Assembly: GCA_040752575.1 (NCBI GenBank)
Contig: JBFMGK010000069.1
Location: 1-45,349 of the forward strand
Source: Candidatus Bipolaricaulota bacterium
Lineage (GTDB): Bacteria; Bipolaricaulota; Bipolaricaulia; UBA7950; UBA9294
DNA: 45,349 nucleotides
Direction of reading: 5' to 3'
Under the pieces are notes generated by a model that made no database searches, was not told the DNA's origin, and saw nothing but the letters and a program-made list of their open reading frames with translations. This document shows positions 9,164-17,923 of the stretch, in pieces. Both the position numbers and the translations under genes were made by a program. Within the stretch, counting starts at the first letter, position 1. Each line of letters starts with the position of its first letter.

Positions 9164-9999
9164 CCGCCGCGGCCCAAGTCCATGGGCACGTCGGACGATG
9201 GGCCCGCCCAATTCGACGCAATCCCCGCCGACGAACCCGCAAACGGCGACGGCGAATTCACAGCGGAGAGACCCAGGATCTCCCCCAGCGCCTCTTCATT
9301 CCCCGAGCGGCTGGCGTAGAAGTCCCTGACCGACGCCGGACTCACGGCGGAGCCGAAGGCCGCCGACCATTGCGCGGCGTAGTGTCCGTCGAACCGCTCG
9401 AGGAACGCACCGTAGGCCGCGGGATCCATCGGCTTCCGCCCCATCGCAGCGACCGCTTCGTCCCACGAGAGCCAGGCCCCGGTGGCGTGGAGGAGGCGAA
9501 ATCCCTTCCGACTCGGCATCAGGCCAACCCGCGAAGCGGAGCGGGACTCGCCCAGATTCGAGAACCAATACAGAAGGGCGACGCGAAGCAGATGCGCGAC
9601 GGCAGGACGGGCCGACTCCCACAGGGCGACGCAGGCCCGCAGAGCGACGTAGGCCTCGGCCTCGCCGGGATGCGAGGGGTGTTCGCACAACACGTCGGGA
9701 CAGAGACTACAGAGGTCGGGGACCGCCCCGCAAAACAGGCGTTCCCAGACTCGCAGCCGCGCCATGCTGCTCAGCGTGATGACTCCCTCCGCGGCGGACA
9801 CCGGCGGGCGAGCGTCCACTGCGGAGGACTTCGGCAACGTCGCTTCGAGTCTCGAAACCGCAGCTTGTTCGTCTGCCGCGGCCGGGGAGGGTTCCCTTCG
9901 CGCCCACGTTGTGGAGTGAGGCGCGTCGTGTATCGTCGCCCGTTCCGCGCCGCGACGAGGAGCATGGCTCGGCGGCGCTGCGTGCGAGCGAATCACCAC
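9136..9999 (-). CDS. Hypothetical protein with a Cys/His cluster
   Basis: GTG at 9999/9996 after GGGAGG (alternative ATG at 9765). Low-complexity N-terminus, then FCGAVPDLCSLCPDVLCEHPSH. No family recognised. Confidence 0.5.
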   Translation of the reverse strand: MVIRSHAAPPSHAPRRGAERATIHDAPHSTTWARREPSPAAADEQAAVSRLEATLPKSSAVDARPPVSAAEGVITLSSMARLRVWERLFCGAVPDLCSLCPDVLCEHPSHPGEAEAYVALRACVALWESARPAVAHLLRVALLYWFSNLGESRSASRVGLMPSRKGFRLLHATGAWLSWDEAVAAMGRKPMDPAAYGAFLERFDGHYAAQWSAAFGSAVSPASVRDFYASRSGNEEALGEILGLSAVNSPSPFAGSSAGIASNWAGPSSDVPMDLGRGGYVRNPSPR

Positions 10000-10203
10000 G
10001 GCTTGGCCCTCCCGTTCACCAAAACACGAACGCATCCGCCGAAGGCAAAGGCATCGACGACCTGATCCAGTACCATGTTGGTTCTCAACCCTAAAGGTTT
10101 AGTACACTGAACTACTGGCCTGTGTCAAGTGGGGTGGGGCGCGCCGCGCAGAGTTGAACTCCGTCGGGCGCGTAGGGTAGGCTCCAGAAGAGGGGGATCA
10201 GGC

Positions 10204-10647
10204 GTGCGCTTTGGGAATCGTTTGCGTGAGCTACGAACCGCTGCTGGGATGACGCAGCAGGAGTTGGCCGACGCGCTGGGGGTCTCGTCAGCCTACATCT
10301 CCGCCATCGAGGGAGGACGAAAACCCGCCCCGCCCCGCGCTGTCGTCGAGCAACTGGCCCGCGCCTTGCGCGCGGATCACGAGGCCCTTTGGGAGACGGC
10401 GCTCGCCGAGCGCGAGGAACGACTGCGGCAACGCCTTGAGGGCGTGCCGACGTCGCTTCGCGTGGAAGAGGCGCCCGCCCCCGTGACGACGCCCCAAGAC
10501 AGCGACGTGGAGAAGCTGCTCGCTCAGCACCCGGAGCTGGAGAAGGTCTGCCGGGTCCTCGCTTCCGCCCTGAACGACACCAAGACACGCGCCCGCGCGC
10601 TCGCGGTCGTCGACGCGCTCGTGCGCGGGCTCTCGACCCCCAAATAG
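10204..10647 (+). CDS. XRE-family helix-turn-helix regulator
   Basis: FGNRLRELRTAAGMTQQELADALGVSSAYISAIEGGRK; GTG after AGGGGG. Confidence 0.9.
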   Translation: MRFGNRLRELRTAAGMTQQELADALGVSSAYISAIEGGRKPAPPRAVVEQLARALRADHEALWETALAEREERLRQRLEGVPTSLRVEEAPAPVTTPQDSDVEKLLAQHPELEKVCRVLASALNDTKTRARALAVVDALVRGLSTPK

Positions 10648-10760
10648 GCAACTGCGGGACGCCATCGGCCATCGCCGAGATCTTTCGCGAGAGGGTGCTC
10701 GTTGACGTCGTAGGAGATCCGCGGCATGCTGCGGGTCAAATCAGATCATCGGGGGTTCGG

Positions 10761-11615
10761 ATGAGACAGCGGTGGGTCTTTGGGTTGGTCGTTGCGTCGT
10801 GGGCGGCGCTTTCTCTGTCGGGAACGGCAGCGCAGATCGGCGGCACGGTCGGCGCGAGCGTGGGCATTCTCCCGTCCTTCACCGCGCAGCTCGACGCTGG
10901 CGTGACGGTCGAGGGAGACGCGTGGAGCTTCTCGAGCGACACAACGCTCGGTGTGGCGCCCACATTCGGGATCGATGAGTCGCTGCGCTTCGTCTACGAG
11001 GTGGATCCGGCGACGTTCACCGCGACGCTCGGCCTCGGACTCCTGCCGTGGGCGTTCGACGGGGCGGCGCTGTCCGCGTCGGTTGACCTGTTCGACGTCG
11101 ACGTGCTCGACGAAGATCCGACGCTGTCGATCGACTCGACCTTCAACGCGGGTGTCGAACTCGACGGCGCGTTCGATGCCTTCGCCGATCTGACGCTTCG
11201 CGCCATCGCCGGCCTCGCCGATCACTCACTGACGAGCGCGACGACGCTGTCCCTGTTGCCCTTAGGAATCACGTCGACGCTGCTTGGCAGCCTCTCGCTC
11301 GGCACCGTCACGCTCGGCGAAGGCGACGACGCGGCGACGCTCACCACCTCGGCAAGCGCGCTCGTAAACCTGATTCCGTTCGGCTTCTCGTACGCGCAGA
11401 TCACCTCGACGCTGAAGGCCGGAGTCGTCTCCGTCGTCGCGTCGCTCACGTACTACGGGACGACCTCGTTCCTCGTTCATCTGTCGGCCACGCTCGACGT
11501 CGAACCCGTCACCCTCTCCGCGTGGATGTCGTACGACACGACCGCGGCCAACTTGTTCACCCTTGGCGCGAGCGCCACGTTCGCGTGGGGACCCGTCGAG
11601 CTCGGGGCACCGTAA
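10761..11615 (+). CDS. Secreted, probable outer-membrane beta-barrel protein
   Basis: Signal peptide MRQRWVFGLVVASWAALSLSGTAA, alternating hydrophobic beta pattern throughout, and a terminal strand FTLGASATFAW. Confidence 0.65.
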   Translation: MRQRWVFGLVVASWAALSLSGTAAQIGGTVGASVGILPSFTAQLDAGVTVEGDAWSFSSDTTLGVAPTFGIDESLRFVYEVDPATFTATLGLGLLPWAFDGAALSASVDLFDVDVLDEDPTLSIDSTFNAGVELDGAFDAFADLTLRAIAGLADHSLTSATTLSLLPLGITSTLLGSLSLGTVTLGEGDDAATLTTSASALVNLIPFGFSYAQITSTLKAGVVSVVASLTYYGTTSFLVHLSATLDVEPVTLSAWMSYDTTAANLFTLGASATFAWGPVELGAP

Positions 11616-11780
11616 GCGCAGTCACGCAGGTCTATCGCGCTAGGAGAGGCCCGGTCCCGCCCACGATGGAGAGGCCCGCGTGGGGCAAGAGATCTTCTGC
11701 TCTGGGCGGAAGCCCTCTTGAGCCCTCAGAGCGGCTTGGCTTGGGCTGCTCGCTCCTTGGACGGGAGCGGCGCTGATCGT

Positions 11781-12236
11781 CTACTTGGCCGCCTGGGCCA
11801 GCCTCTTGCCAAGCTCGCGGCACGCATCGAGAGCGGCAGCGTTGGGCTGGCCGCGCGACTCGATCGTCTCGCCCACTTGCTTCCCACCAACGTGCTTGAA
11901 GAGCTTCTCGAAGGGCTCGCGGACATTTCCGCCTCCGCCGTGGGAGTAGAACAGAGCGTAAGGCTTTCCCACGAGGCGTTCGCGATCGTTGCCCTTGGCG
12001 ATGTACCAGTCGTCGGCAAACATCTTCAGTCCGCCGGCGACGTAGCCGAAGTAGTCGGGCGTGCCGAAAGCCACGGCGTCGGCCTCGCGGTACTGCGCCA
12101 CGTCGAGTCGCCGCTCGTTGGTGTTGACGAGCTCGACGCGGGCTCCCGCCGTGCGCGCGCCTTCTCCCACGGCCTCGGCCATGGCGTGCGTGTTGCCATG
12201 CTCCTGCGAGTGGTACAGAACAAGCACTCGACCCAT
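11781..12236 (-). CDS. Flavodoxin/WrbA-like flavoprotein
   Basis: VLYHSQEHGNTHAMAEAV and AFGTPDYFG; SD AAGGAGG before ATG 12236. Confidence 0.9.
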   Translation of the reverse strand: MGRVLVLYHSQEHGNTHAMAEAVGEGARTAGARVELVNTNERRLDVAQYREADAVAFGTPDYFGYVAGGLKMFADDWYIAKGNDRERLVGKPYALFYSHGGGGNVREPFEKLFKHVGGKQVGETIESRGQPNAAALDACRELGKRLAQAAK

Positions 12237-12505
12237 TCGATCCTCCTTCTCGATCGGACGGCTCACCCGGACAGGATAGCGACGATCATGCTGCGAGGTA
12301 AGGCCGCGTATTGCCTCATGGAGAGTGTTACCGAGAGGGGGATTGATTCCTCGCAAGTTAGGTTGCCGAAGGGAACGGGGACCCGATGCCGAGGACTCGT
12401 GTGAGGAGTCCCTCGAGGCACCGCGCCCGCCGACCTTCCTCCCCGATCCAGACCTCGCGCACTCCCGTTGGCGCCCTTCAGGAATCCGCCGTACGATGCG
12501 GTGAT

Positions 12506-12694
12506 GGAGGGTTGGATGCCGCGCAATGTCGAGATCAAGGCTCGCGTTCGGGATCTTGCCTCGGTGCGGGAGCGAGCGCAGCGGCTCGCGGGGACGCCGG
12601 GAGGGGTCCTGATTCAGGAGGACACGTTCTACCGGTCAGCCGACGGCCGGCTCAAACTGCGCGTCTCTCCGGACGGGAAGGGCGAGCTGATCGC
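12506..12694 (+). repeat. Left copy of a 189-bp direct repeat (SD plus first ~60 codons of the CYTH gene)
   Basis: Identical to 17395-17583 except for 3 substitutions (CGG/AGG, ACG/GCG, CTG/TTG). Confidence 0.97.
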
Positions 12695-12749
12695 GTCTTC
12701 CGCCTTCAGGAGTCCCGGGGGGATTGACGCCGCCGCTGCCCCGTTGTGA
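12516..12749 (+). pseudogene. Truncated 5' fragment of the CYTH/CyaB-like gene
   Basis: MPRNVEIKARV...GKGELIA matches the 17405 gene for 60 codons, then 17 unrelated residues and a stop. Confidence 0.88.
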
Positions 12750-12809
12750 TTCGCGTCCTCGACGTACTGCTCATGGTGACAGCCCGCGAAGCGGTCCCCT
12801 GGTTCCTTT

Positions 12810-13745
12810 CTAGAGCGGCATCTCGAAGCCTACCTCAATCCAGGAGAGACCGCCTTGAGTGTCGAATGCGACCGATCCTGCCCCGAAGCCGTTCCCGAGC
12901 CGCAGTCGGCCCCCGACTTCGAGACTCAATCCCCCGCCGCTGAAGCGCGCCATCAGCAGGGCGGTCGCCAGTCCGAGATCCAATTCGCCTGAGATCTCGC
13001 CCCCAAGGCCCGTGTTGTCGTAGAGCGCTATCGCGCTGGCTCGGAAGCTGTCGCTGTTCATCGTGCCGCCGGCCATGGCGTTGAATCCAACGGCCGCGTC
13101 GTACCCCACGCTCGCGGTCACGCTAACCGGCCCTAATTCGATCCCGAGACCCGCTCCGGCGCTGAATCGTCCCGCGGCGAGCCCGGCGCTCGCCGAGGCG
13201 ATCGCGCTTCCAATCGGCAGATTCGCCCCGACGGACGCCTGCGAAATCCCCGCGCTTGTGAGACCAAGATTCGCGGAGAGCCCGATGTCATCGAACTCTG
13301 TGCTGACTCCGAGATGAACTGCCGAATCGCCGCCGGCAAGTCGCAGGTTTGCCGTAACCTGGAAGTCGGCGAGAGAACCCCACCCGCGCAGGTCGATCAC
13401 CGTGGCTGCGCCTGGTGACCAGGTAGCGTCACCAGCGATGCCAAACCCAGCGACCTCGGTCGATGCGCCACCCTGGACGGTGGTCCCATCCGTTCCGGCG
13501 GCCGCGTCCACGCGAGCCTCGATGGCGCCCACCGAGAACGCCGCGCGCGCTCCAGCTGACGCCCAGAAGGACGAGCCAGCGAAACCTGCCGTGCCATAGA
13601 GCGTGACGTCCAGGCTGGCCGCTGCCGCGGAGTCGTCCTCAGCATATCCCTCGTAGATGATCTCGAATCCCTCGTCCTGCGCGGCCACCGTGAGCGGAAG
13701 GGCCGACAGAGTGATCAGCAACCAGGTCAAGCTTCTGCGGTTCAT
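12810..13745 (-). CDS. Secreted Gly/Ala-rich probable outer-membrane beta-barrel protein
   Basis: Signal peptide MNRRSLTWLLITLSALPLTVAA, many short amphipathic strands, and C-terminal WIEVGFEMPL. Confidence 0.7.
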   Translation of the reverse strand: MNRRSLTWLLITLSALPLTVAAQDEGFEIIYEGYAEDDSAAAASLDVTLYGTAGFAGSSFWASAGARAAFSVGAIEARVDAAAGTDGTTVQGGASTEVAGFGIAGDATWSPGAATVIDLRGWGSLADFQVTANLRLAGGDSAVHLGVSTEFDDIGLSANLGLTSAGISQASVGANLPIGSAIASASAGLAAGRFSAGAGLGIELGPVSVTASVGYDAAVGFNAMAGGTMNSDSFRASAIALYDNTGLGGEISGELDLGLATALLMARFSGGGLSLEVGGRLRLGNGFGAGSVAFDTQGGLSWIEVGFEMPL

Positions 13746-13755
13746 GTGCCCCTTC

Positions 13756-15990
13756 CTAGAACGAGTACCGGAGCCGCTGCTTCACGTCGGTTCCGACAAT
13801 CCACGCAACGACATCGTCGATCACGCCCGACTCGGCGCCAGGAATCGGAAGCAGCACCCTGCCCATCGCATCGGTCATGGCTGAGATCGAGCTTGCGTAG
13901 CCGTCTGTCCCGTGCATCTTCACTTCGACTTGCACACCCGATAGCGGAGGGAAGATCTGCGCCGTGAGCGTGACATCCTGGAACACGGCCGGATCGGCGG
14001 GAGACGCCCAGACCATCAGGCTGTATAACTTATCGGAGCCAAGCGCTGTGCGCCGATCCTCTTCCGTGGCTTCCGTCGGATCGAGCTCGCTCGACTGCTC
14101 GCCAGAGCCTGGCTTCAGGCTGAAGGTTACGACGGGATTCTCCGTGGTGATCCTGCCGCTCTTCACGTAGGCTCTGAAGTTCTGCGCGTCGGCGCGCAGG
14201 GTTACCGTGTCTCCCACGAAGAGACCCGTGATGGAGAACTCCCCGCCTCTTGTGTTCAGGAGTTGGTCGAAGGGAGCGGTGACGTGCACCGTCGCTCCAT
14301 CGATGCCCTTTCCCGTCATCTCGTTGACCACGTGGCCGATCAGCGTCGCTTCGAGTGGATACAGGCCAATGGTCCGAGATTCGAAGGACGCCTTGGCGGT
14401 GAGGCTCTTCGGGCGGTATCCGTTGGCCGTCACCGTTAGGTGGTTCTCCGAAGTCGGCAGGGACACTGAGATGGAGAACCAGCCATCGCTATCCGTCACC
14501 TGCTCGACGGCGATGATCGAGTCCGTGAGCTTCACGAGGGCTCCCTGGATGGGGCGACCGCCTCTTCCTTCATCGACCACGCGTCCGCGGATCTGCTGCG
14601 GTTCCACATGGGTCTTGGCGTGGACAAGCATGGTCCCCGTGGACATGATGTAGAAGTTTCCGCCCACGGATGGGCTTGCCGTTGTCACGACGAACGCGAT
14701 GTCCTTCTCGCTCGCGTCGCCGAGAAGTTCCGGGCAGAGTTCCATCGTCACGGTTGCGTACCCCTCTTCGTCGGTCACCGCCGTCGCGGTGACACCATCC
14801 TCGCGAGAGAACGTCAAGGGCATGCCCCGGACCGCATCGCCTGAACTCGTGACCAGCCATGCGTTGAGGCCAATCGAGTGGCAGGGCTCGGCATCGTCGG
14901 TCAGGATTTGCATAGGCCAGAACTCGGTGTAGTTCGGTGACGGCCGTAGCGTGGAAAACCTCGTTCCCAGCGCGACGCCGAAAGACACGGAGTCTTCCAC
15001 CACGTCTGCGTCTGAGCCGCCGTACGTTGCCTTGAGGGTGATCGTTGTGCCAACCGTACTCCCCAGCCCCAGCCACTTCTTCGTCGTCGCGATCTGGACG
15101 CTGTCTGCGGTTTTCCTCGCGATCCTGCCGTACCCCGAGATCTCGAATGCAATCGCGTCCCTGATCCTCCCTAGAAGAGCGGGATCGATGCCCTGTCGAC
15201 TCACACCCGGGGCCGTCGATCCTTCGTTGAGGATTGGGACCAGCCGGAATCCGACGTCGGCCGTTCCCCCCTCTTCGATGAGGTCGATCGACGCGGAGAG
15301 CTCGATGCGAAAGATCGGCCGCACGTCTTTGCGCTGGAACCACTCCGCCGCTCGCTCTCGCGCCATCCGATCGAGATCATCCTCGCCAAACCCACTGGTC
15401 GTGACTTCTTCCCTGTCGAGGAACGGCACTTTGATGGCGCGAAGGCGCGCTTCAATGTCGTAGAAAGACGACTCGTACCGAAAGCCGAATCCGATACGCT
15501 TGCGGTAGTTGTTTGCCTTGTCCGGGTCGGGCGCAGGAGGACGCCACTCTCGCGGGTTTCGCGGCAGCGCGTTGGCATCGCGGACGGCGATTGCGTCGGC
15601 CAGGCTTCTCAGTCGCGCCTCTTCGGCTGGCCCGTGAATCTTGCCTTGCTCCGCGGCGATGTCGTAGGCGAAGTCGTGCCGTTGAGCAATCGCATCCAAC
15701 GCATCAATCGGCTGCTTGTTGCCCGCCTTCGAATCCTTGCTTCCGCCCGACCATCCGGGACCGTACCAGTTCCCGTAGTAGATCAGCTGCGTCAGCTCGC
15801 CCGCCTCGTACGCCTCGCTGATCAGCTTGCCAGCCGTTTCGGCGTCCGCTGCGACGTTGAGGGTCGAAGCATCCTCTTGACCGAGGGTGATCGTGGTGTC
15901 CTTGGCTGCAGAGAGGGTGCTCAGCCCAGCCGACAGCACGATCGTCAGCAGAGCCAAAGCAGCGCGCCGTCGGCAAGTGTCTTTGCCCAT
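13756..15990 (-). CDS. Secreted phospholipase A2-like protein with Ig-like and carboxypeptidase-regulatory-like repeats (744 aa)
   Basis: ATG 15990 coupled to the upstream stop (TGATG); signal peptide; YGNWYGPG...PIDALDAIAQRHDFAYD...LADA; later repeats IRGRVVDE..PIQGALV, TDSDGWFSI and LIGHVVNEMTGKGIDGATV. Confidence 0.8.
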   Translation of the reverse strand: MGKDTCRRRAALALLTIVLSAGLSTLSAAKDTTITLGQEDASTLNVAADAETAGKLISEAYEAGELTQLIYYGNWYGPGWSGGSKDSKAGNKQPIDALDAIAQRHDFAYDIAAEQGKIHGPAEEARLRSLADAIAVRDANALPRNPREWRPPAPDPDKANNYRKRIGFGFRYESSFYDIEARLRAIKVPFLDREEVTTSGFGEDDLDRMARERAAEWFQRKDVRPIFRIELSASIDLIEEGGTADVGFRLVPILNEGSTAPGVSRQGIDPALLGRIRDAIAFEISGYGRIARKTADSVQIATTKKWLGLGSTVGTTITLKATYGGSDADVVEDSVSFGVALGTRFSTLRPSPNYTEFWPMQILTDDAEPCHSIGLNAWLVTSSGDAVRGMPLTFSREDGVTATAVTDEEGYATVTMELCPELLGDASEKDIAFVVTTASPSVGGNFYIMSTGTMLVHAKTHVEPQQIRGRVVDEGRGGRPIQGALVKLTDSIIAVEQVTDSDGWFSISVSLPTSENHLTVTANGYRPKSLTAKASFESRTIGLYPLEATLIGHVVNEMTGKGIDGATVHVTAPFDQLLNTRGGEFSITGLFVGDTVTLRADAQNFRAYVKSGRITTENPVVTFSLKPGSGEQSSELDPTEATEEDRRTALGSDKLYSLMVWASPADPAVFQDVTLTAQIFPPLSGVQVEVKMHGTDGYASSISAMTDAMGRVLLPIPGAESGVIDDVVAWIVGTDVKQRLRYSF

Positions 15991-16880
15991 CACGAGCGAC
16001 CACCCCCTCGCGTGACAAGGCTCTCGTAGAGCCGGATGAGCGAGACCGATCGAACCAACGGTTCCGCGGCATACGCTGAGACGTCCAGCCAGACCCAGTC
16101 GAGCGGGGACATGGGAGACGCAAGCACGACGAACGTTGCCTCGCGGTGCGTGGCAATCCAGACGGGCCGGAGAGATGCTCGCCATCCGTCCGACGTCTCG
16201 TCCAGCAGGTCGAGCGGCCACTCAAGTCTTTCCGCGAGCAGCGCATCGACGGCGGTCGCGACGTTCGCCTGCGCCATCGTAGGTCGCTCGACCAGGCCGT
16301 AGGCACTCTCGAGACTCGATGAGGCGGCGGTAACAGCACTCCTAAGGTCCTGTGCCGTGACTTCTCTCGAGGTGTCCTCTCCATCGGCGGTCCGGCGGAA
16401 CTGCGAAAACGCCACGTCGATGGCATCCATGGCAGCCACGGCGAACGGCGCGGGTTCCTCCCACTCCCTCGTGAGCACCTCGGCCGACAGAATCGAGTAG
16501 GACTCGACTTGAGAGGCACGAGCGTCGAACGAGAAGACGAGCAGCGCTCCGACCCACGGGCTGTACAGCGCCCCGGCCGGCGGCGAGACCTCTCCGCCCC
16601 CCCGTGCGAACGGAACGGCGTGGCCGAATAGGGCCAGCGCGGCCACGGAGTCGGCGACCGCTCGTCCCATGTCTATCTCCCAGGCGGCGGCCACGGCAGA
16701 GCTCATCCAGACCTGTCCGGCGGCCGCAGGATCCAGTACAGCGAGCCTCCGAAACGACTCGATCGCCTGAAGCACGTCCTCCATTGAGGCTTCTTCCGTC
16801 TGCGCGACACAGGGCAACGCACAAGCAACTACGGCTGCAAGAGCGAGTGCCCGGCGCAGCCAGAGTCTCGGATTGCGCAA
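15990..16880 (-). CDS. Secreted hypothetical protein, first gene of the island operon
   Basis: TTG 16880 after GGAAGGAG; signal peptide ...RRALALAAVVACALPCVA-Q; stop overlaps the next ATG. Confidence 0.7.
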   Translation of the reverse strand: MRNPRLWLRRALALAAVVACALPCVAQTEEASMEDVLQAIESFRRLAVLDPAAAGQVWMSSAVAAAWEIDMGRAVADSVAALALFGHAVPFARGGGEVSPPAGALYSPWVGALLVFSFDARASQVESYSILSAEVLTREWEEPAPFAVAAMDAIDVAFSQFRRTADGEDTSREVTAQDLRSAVTAASSSLESAYGLVERPTMAQANVATAVDALLAERLEWPLDLLDETSDGWRASLRPVWIATHREATFVVLASPMSPLDWVWLDVSAYAAEPLVRSVSLIRLYESLVTRGGGRS

Positions 16881-16983
16881 TTCCAACTCCTTCCCCGTCT
16901 GACCAACCCGCACGGCCGGCCCCGTTTCGGTGGTAGTCTACGCGACCACCTCCGCCAGAGACTAACACTGGAATCAGCGTTCT

Positions 16984-17325
16984 GATCTGAGGCGCAGGCG
17001 GGCTGTAGCCCAGGATTCCGTAGGGATACATCTCGTTGTACTTCGGCCGCCATCGCTCGATGATGATCCTCGCCTCCCGTAGTCTGTGGAGGGTGTCTTC
17101 GTTCAGGAGCGTCTCGCAGTCCTCGTTCTCCCGCGAGCTCACAGGTGCAGTGAACGACGGCCCAACTGAGAGACGAGCCAGCCGCTTCCGTACTACTGAG
17201 GCACAGAACACCGGCCCGATGTCCAAGCGAGTGTCTTCCGGTGTTCCCCTCCTGATGAGCAGTCCCGCCGGTACTTTGATCGCGTCGATGGATCGGAGCT
17301 TCCAGCTGACGACGAACGCCAGCAT
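16984..17325 (-). pseudogene. Degenerate IS3-family transposase (OrfB integrase core, C-terminal part)
   Basis: RGTPEDTRLDIGPVF ~ RGxPxxIRSDNGPEF. ENEDCE|TLLNE ~ ENGxxESFNGxLRDELLN with an internal deletion. EARIIIERWRPKYNEMYPYGILGYSPPAP ~ EAxxxIExWRxxYNxxRPHSSLGYxPPAP. Confidence 0.8.
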
Positions 17326-17394
17326 ACCTGCCGGAACTCCAACCTCTCCCACCCTCGCTGGTTCCCTCCCGGCCACAGCCGTACTATGGGCGCG

Positions 17395-17583
17395 GGAGGG
17401 TTGGATGCCGCGCAATGTCGAGATCAAGGCTCGCGTTCGGGATCTTGCCTCGGTGCGGGAGCGAGCGCAGAGGCTCGCGGGGGCGCCGGGAGGGGTCCTG
17501 ATTCAGGAGGACACGTTCTACCGGTCAGCCGACGGCCGGCTCAAACTGCGCGTCTCTCCGGACGGGAAGGGCGAGTTGATCGC
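17395..17583 (+). repeat. Right copy of the 189-bp direct repeat
   Basis: Matches 12506-12694; forms the 5' end of the intact CYTH gene. Confidence 0.97.
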
Positions 17584-17923
17584 CTATCGGCGGCCGGACG
17601 CGGCCGGACCGAAGACGTCGCAGTACGCAATCTATCGCACGCCCGATCCGGCGAACCTCGGCGCGGTCCTCGCGGCGGCGCTCGGGGTGCGCGGCGTGAT
17701 CCGCAAGCGGCGGATCTTGTTTCTGGTGGGAGCGACGCGCATCCATCTCGACGAGGTGGAAGGGCTCGGCGCGTTCGTCGAGCTGGAGGTCGTGCTCGCG
17801 GAGGGGCAATCCGAAGCGGAAGGGGCCGCGATCGCACGCCGGCTGATCGAGGACCTCGGCGTCCGTGACGAGGATCTTGTCGCCGCCGCGTACATCGACC
17901 TCCTGGAGGAGTCGAAAGCATGA
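17405..17923 (+). CDS. cyaB: CYTH-domain protein (class IV adenylate cyclase CyaB-like / triphosphate tunnel metalloenzyme)
   Basis: NVEIKAR, QEDTFY, RLKLR and IHLDEVEGLGAFVELEV; start at 17405 after GGAGG. Confidence 0.88.
   Translation: MPRNVEIKARVRDLASVRERAQRLAGAPGGVLIQEDTFYRSADGRLKLRVSPDGKGELIAYRRPDAAGPKTSQYAIYRTPDPANLGAVLAAALGVRGVIRKRRILFLVGATRIHLDEVEGLGAFVELEVVLAEGQSEAEGAAIARRLIEDLGVRDEDLVAAAYIDLLEESKA

Larger units (their letters stand above)
12506..17583. mobile_element. Putative genomic island or insertion bounded by CYTH 5' direct repeats
   Basis: Direct repeats 4889 bp apart enclose a minus-strand three-gene operon and an IS3 remnant; by eye the DNA is less GC-rich than the flanks. 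No intact integrase is present. Confidence 0.7.

Noticed and set aside
11616..11780. GC-rich stems between the beta-barrel and flavodoxin genes
   Set aside because: Short imperfect pairings with no U-tract, not distinguishable from chance at this GC content.
17405..17923. CYTH gene as the cyclase of a nucleotide-signalling defence system with the PLA2 as effector
   Set aside because: CYTH proteins are often triphosphatases. The PLA2 is signal-peptide-bearing and lacks a nucleotide sensor domain. The adjacency is explained by the insertion site.
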